From assembly GCA_047495785.1 (NCBI GenBank), contig JBLDXI010000136.1, forward strand, positions 1 to 18,845: 18,845 nt of DNA. Reading direction: 5' to 3'. Origin of the DNA: Lepidodermella squamata (taxonomy: Eukaryota; Animalia; Gastrotricha). Below, piece by piece: positions 16,201 to 18,845 of the stretch. The notes under the pieces were generated by a model. That model saw nothing but the letters and a program-made list of their open reading frames with translations. It had not been told where the DNA came from and did no database searches. The translations under genes were made by a program, and so were the position numbers. The stretch's first letter is position 1. Each line of letters begins with the position of its first letter.

Positions 16201-18845
16201 TATTTCCAAAGCAATATATGCCTATGTACCTGATCTGAAGAAAGGTTCTTATTTTTTTTACATTCGCACCAGCCTATAAGGAACGATATTGCAGCCTAAT
16301 AAACACCTGAAAATGTATTATTGCAATCTTAAACTGTTGTTTTTTCTCATTATCACTACGGCAATTGTAAAAAAATTAACCGCAAGTACTCGTCTCGATG
16401 ACGACAGCGGAGAATCAGACAGCCTCGAAGGCTGGTACTACGCCCCAGCCTCGCTTTTGTTTCCGCCCACTGGCCGCGATCCGGAAAGTGCTTGCGATTT
16501 CGATTATTACAACAGCGAGCAAAGGTGCAGTGGTTGGCGGATCTGGCAGGTCGACAACGAACTCTCTTCCACCGGTGATTACTACTTCCCCCTAGCAGAG
16601 ACGCCACACTGGCCTAGCGCCATCGGCGATTATCGTCTCGAGATTGAAAACATACCAGACGGCGGTATTGACAGAAGCACCATGCAAATCTCGTTCCTCT
16701 CCGTCGGAAAACCCGCCAAGATCTACGTCATGTCACCGGAAGTTAGTTTCGCGACTAATAGACCAACTCAGACGCTATGTTTCTCGTATTACTATCGGCT
16801 TATGACTTCCGAACCAGGCCGGATGAGAGCATTTGTTTTGGTGAAGAGGCAGAATTCCGCCAACGACGGATATTACTTCTTCAACAATGCTTCGATTCAA
16901 AGTGTATGGTCAGAAAATGGGCGTTGGCCGATGACTTGGAGCTGGCTAGCTACAACCGTTCAAATCGTACTCCCCCGCAACACATCTCGGGCTAGGGTTG
17001 TTTTTTACTTGGACTCTGGAGACGGGCAATTGGGGCTCGATGACATCGAAATCTACAACTCATCATGCAATCTCCGCCCGAATACTACGACACTTTCGAA
17101 CAGGAGCGTAAATGTTGAGTCTCCCTCAAAAGCCCGAACTTGGCCTGGAGCGGCAATTCCTTACGTAATAAGGCCTGGTTTCTCCGTTATGCAGCAATCG
17201 TTCCTTCTTCGGATTCTTGAGGATCTGTTCCGCCGTACTTGTGTCAATTTTCGAAGGCGCAATGACGAACCTGATTTCGTCGAATTCGTCCACACGGCGG
17301 AAGGCTGCACCTCGCAAAGGATAGGTTTCTATGCCGGCAAGCATCGGGTGCATTTGGCCGATAGCTGTTTTGATAAAAGCACCATTTCTCACGAGCTTCT
17401 CCATACAGTTGGACTGTTCCATGAACACCAGAGACCTGACAGGTAACGGGAGAGTTGATGTTTTATTTAACATGCTTATAAATTAGCGAAACTTGCAGGG
17501 ATCAGTTCATTTCGATTTTGACCGAAAACATCGACCCGGCTTACAGAGAACAATTCGTCAAGTATCCTACCATGGACAACTTGCTTACCTCTGTTCGTTA
17601 TGACTACGGCTCAGTGATGCATTACCGTGAAAACGCTTTTGCCGCACGACGGGGTCTTAAGACGATGCAACCGAAAACAAACGCCACTACCGTGCCAACG
17701 CTCGGAAATTTGCAAGGCCCCGTAATATCGGACTGGCAGAAGGTTGCTAATTTATATTGCTCTGGAACCGTAAAACCGATAACTGAATCGATATTGCCAA
17801 GAAGTGCAGCGTTTCGACCTCGTATCTGGGAGAACGGTGACATCCCTTTTGTCCTCGACCCAAAACTCTCGGAAGAGCAGCAAGCGGCAATCAACTCCGT
17901 AATTGCCGAAGTTAACTCAAAAACCTGCGTCAAATTTCGGCCGCGGCAAAGCGCCGATGTCGATTATGTGTATTTTCAACTTACCCCCAGTGAATGCTTC
18001 GCGAGAAGTGGTAAAATAGGCGGAAGGCAAGTCGTAACTCTGTATCCTGGTAGTTGCTTCACTCGACCCTTGCTGTTCTGGATCATTTTTCACATACTCG
18101 GGCTGGATGCTGAGCATCGGCGGCCGGATCGCGATGAGTATGTCTCCATTCAATCGCAAAGTATCGCCGACGGCCACTTGGAATCTTTTCAAAAGTTTGA
18201 ATCCATGGATTGGAGAGTTATGTCGGTTCCGTACGATTCGCAATCGGTGTTGCACTACAGCGGCAGTGCTTTCGCAAAAAGCAGATCTTTAGCAACCATA
18301 GTTTCGAAAGAGAACGCATCAGCAGTTCTTGGAAACAGAATCGGAGCCACCCCACTAGACTACGCCAAAATAATTCGCCTCTACAACTGCAGTACACAGT
18401 ACTGGAAGGATGTCCCTCCAGCATCTGACGCCTCAGTACCATATTCGCCCAAGAAGAGTGTTTTCAATGGCAATGTCGACTTCATCGAAACTATCGACAA
18501 TCCAGAAACGCAACCCTCGTTAGAGATGAAGCCAGATCTGTGGCCAGGCGCTAGAATTCCTTATGTCCTGAATGATCAGCTGTTTTCAAGGGCGGAAAAT
18601 CTCAAGATTTGGTCTTCATTACGTGATTTCAACTCGAAAACTTGCCTGAAGCTTTTACCTCGAGCGAATGAGTCGGATTACGTAGAATTCTTGCGATCGG
18701 CGAATGGCTCTACTCCAGGCGGTGCCTGTAGAGCATCTTTCTATGGTCGGAAGGGCGGCAGGCAAACAATCGTTCTTCCGGACGACTCGTGCTTTACTTC
18801 AAGTTATTTCATCTATTTAGCATTTTTGGTGACAGCTGGAATTCC
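10877..18845. repeat. Right arm of giant inverted repeat (runs off the window end)
   Basis: ctgccgtattaggagcagttc at 10877 is the reverse complement of gaactgctcctaatacggcag ending at 10631. The mirror register holds to the last base of the window. Confidence 0.99.
16313..18845 (+). CDS. Mirror copy of the MAM + triple-astacin protease gene (exon 16313-17442, intron 17443-17498, exon 17499->18845; cut off by the window end in domain 3)
   Basis: Reverse complement of 2663-5195. Donor AG|gtaacg at 17443, acceptor ttgcag|G at 17498. Confidence 0.92.

Noticed and set aside
2663-18845. Arms as terminal inverted repeats of a giant DNA transposon or virus (Foldback, Polinton/Maverick)
   Set aside because: The arms consist of ordinary intron-containing cellular genes, the interior is only 245 bp of channel coding sequence, and no transposase, polymerase or capsid gene is present.
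1-18845. Prokaryotic systems (CRISPR array, operon, defence island), rRNA or tRNA genes
   Set aside because: No regularly spaced repeats or recognisable structural RNA genes. Spliceosomal introns and gene content indicate an animal nuclear genome.

Overview
Eukaryotic (animal-type, short-intron) genomic DNA dominated by a giant fold-back palindrome. Positions 2663-10631 and 10877-18845 are reverse complements (7,969-bp arms within the window, mirror rule x <-> 21508-x, no net indel), separated by a unique 245-bp spacer (10632-10876). Each arm carries two divergently oriented spliced genes. The first is a secreted metalloprotease (signal peptide, MAM domain, three tandem astacin domains of which only the first has an intact zinc site; about 919 aa, one 56-nt intron). 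The second is a 10-exon, highly divergent non-alpha nicotinic-receptor-like Cys-loop channel subunit that the ORF track largely misses (micro-exons, a GC-AG intron). The fold-back point lies in the channel's last exon just before where M4 should begin, so both copies lack M4 and converge on each other. The left ~2.1 kb contains a decayed Ty3/Gypsy integrase. From this sequence alone I cannot tell whether the palindrome is genomic or an amplification/read/assembly fold-back chimera; the junction is compatible with both.
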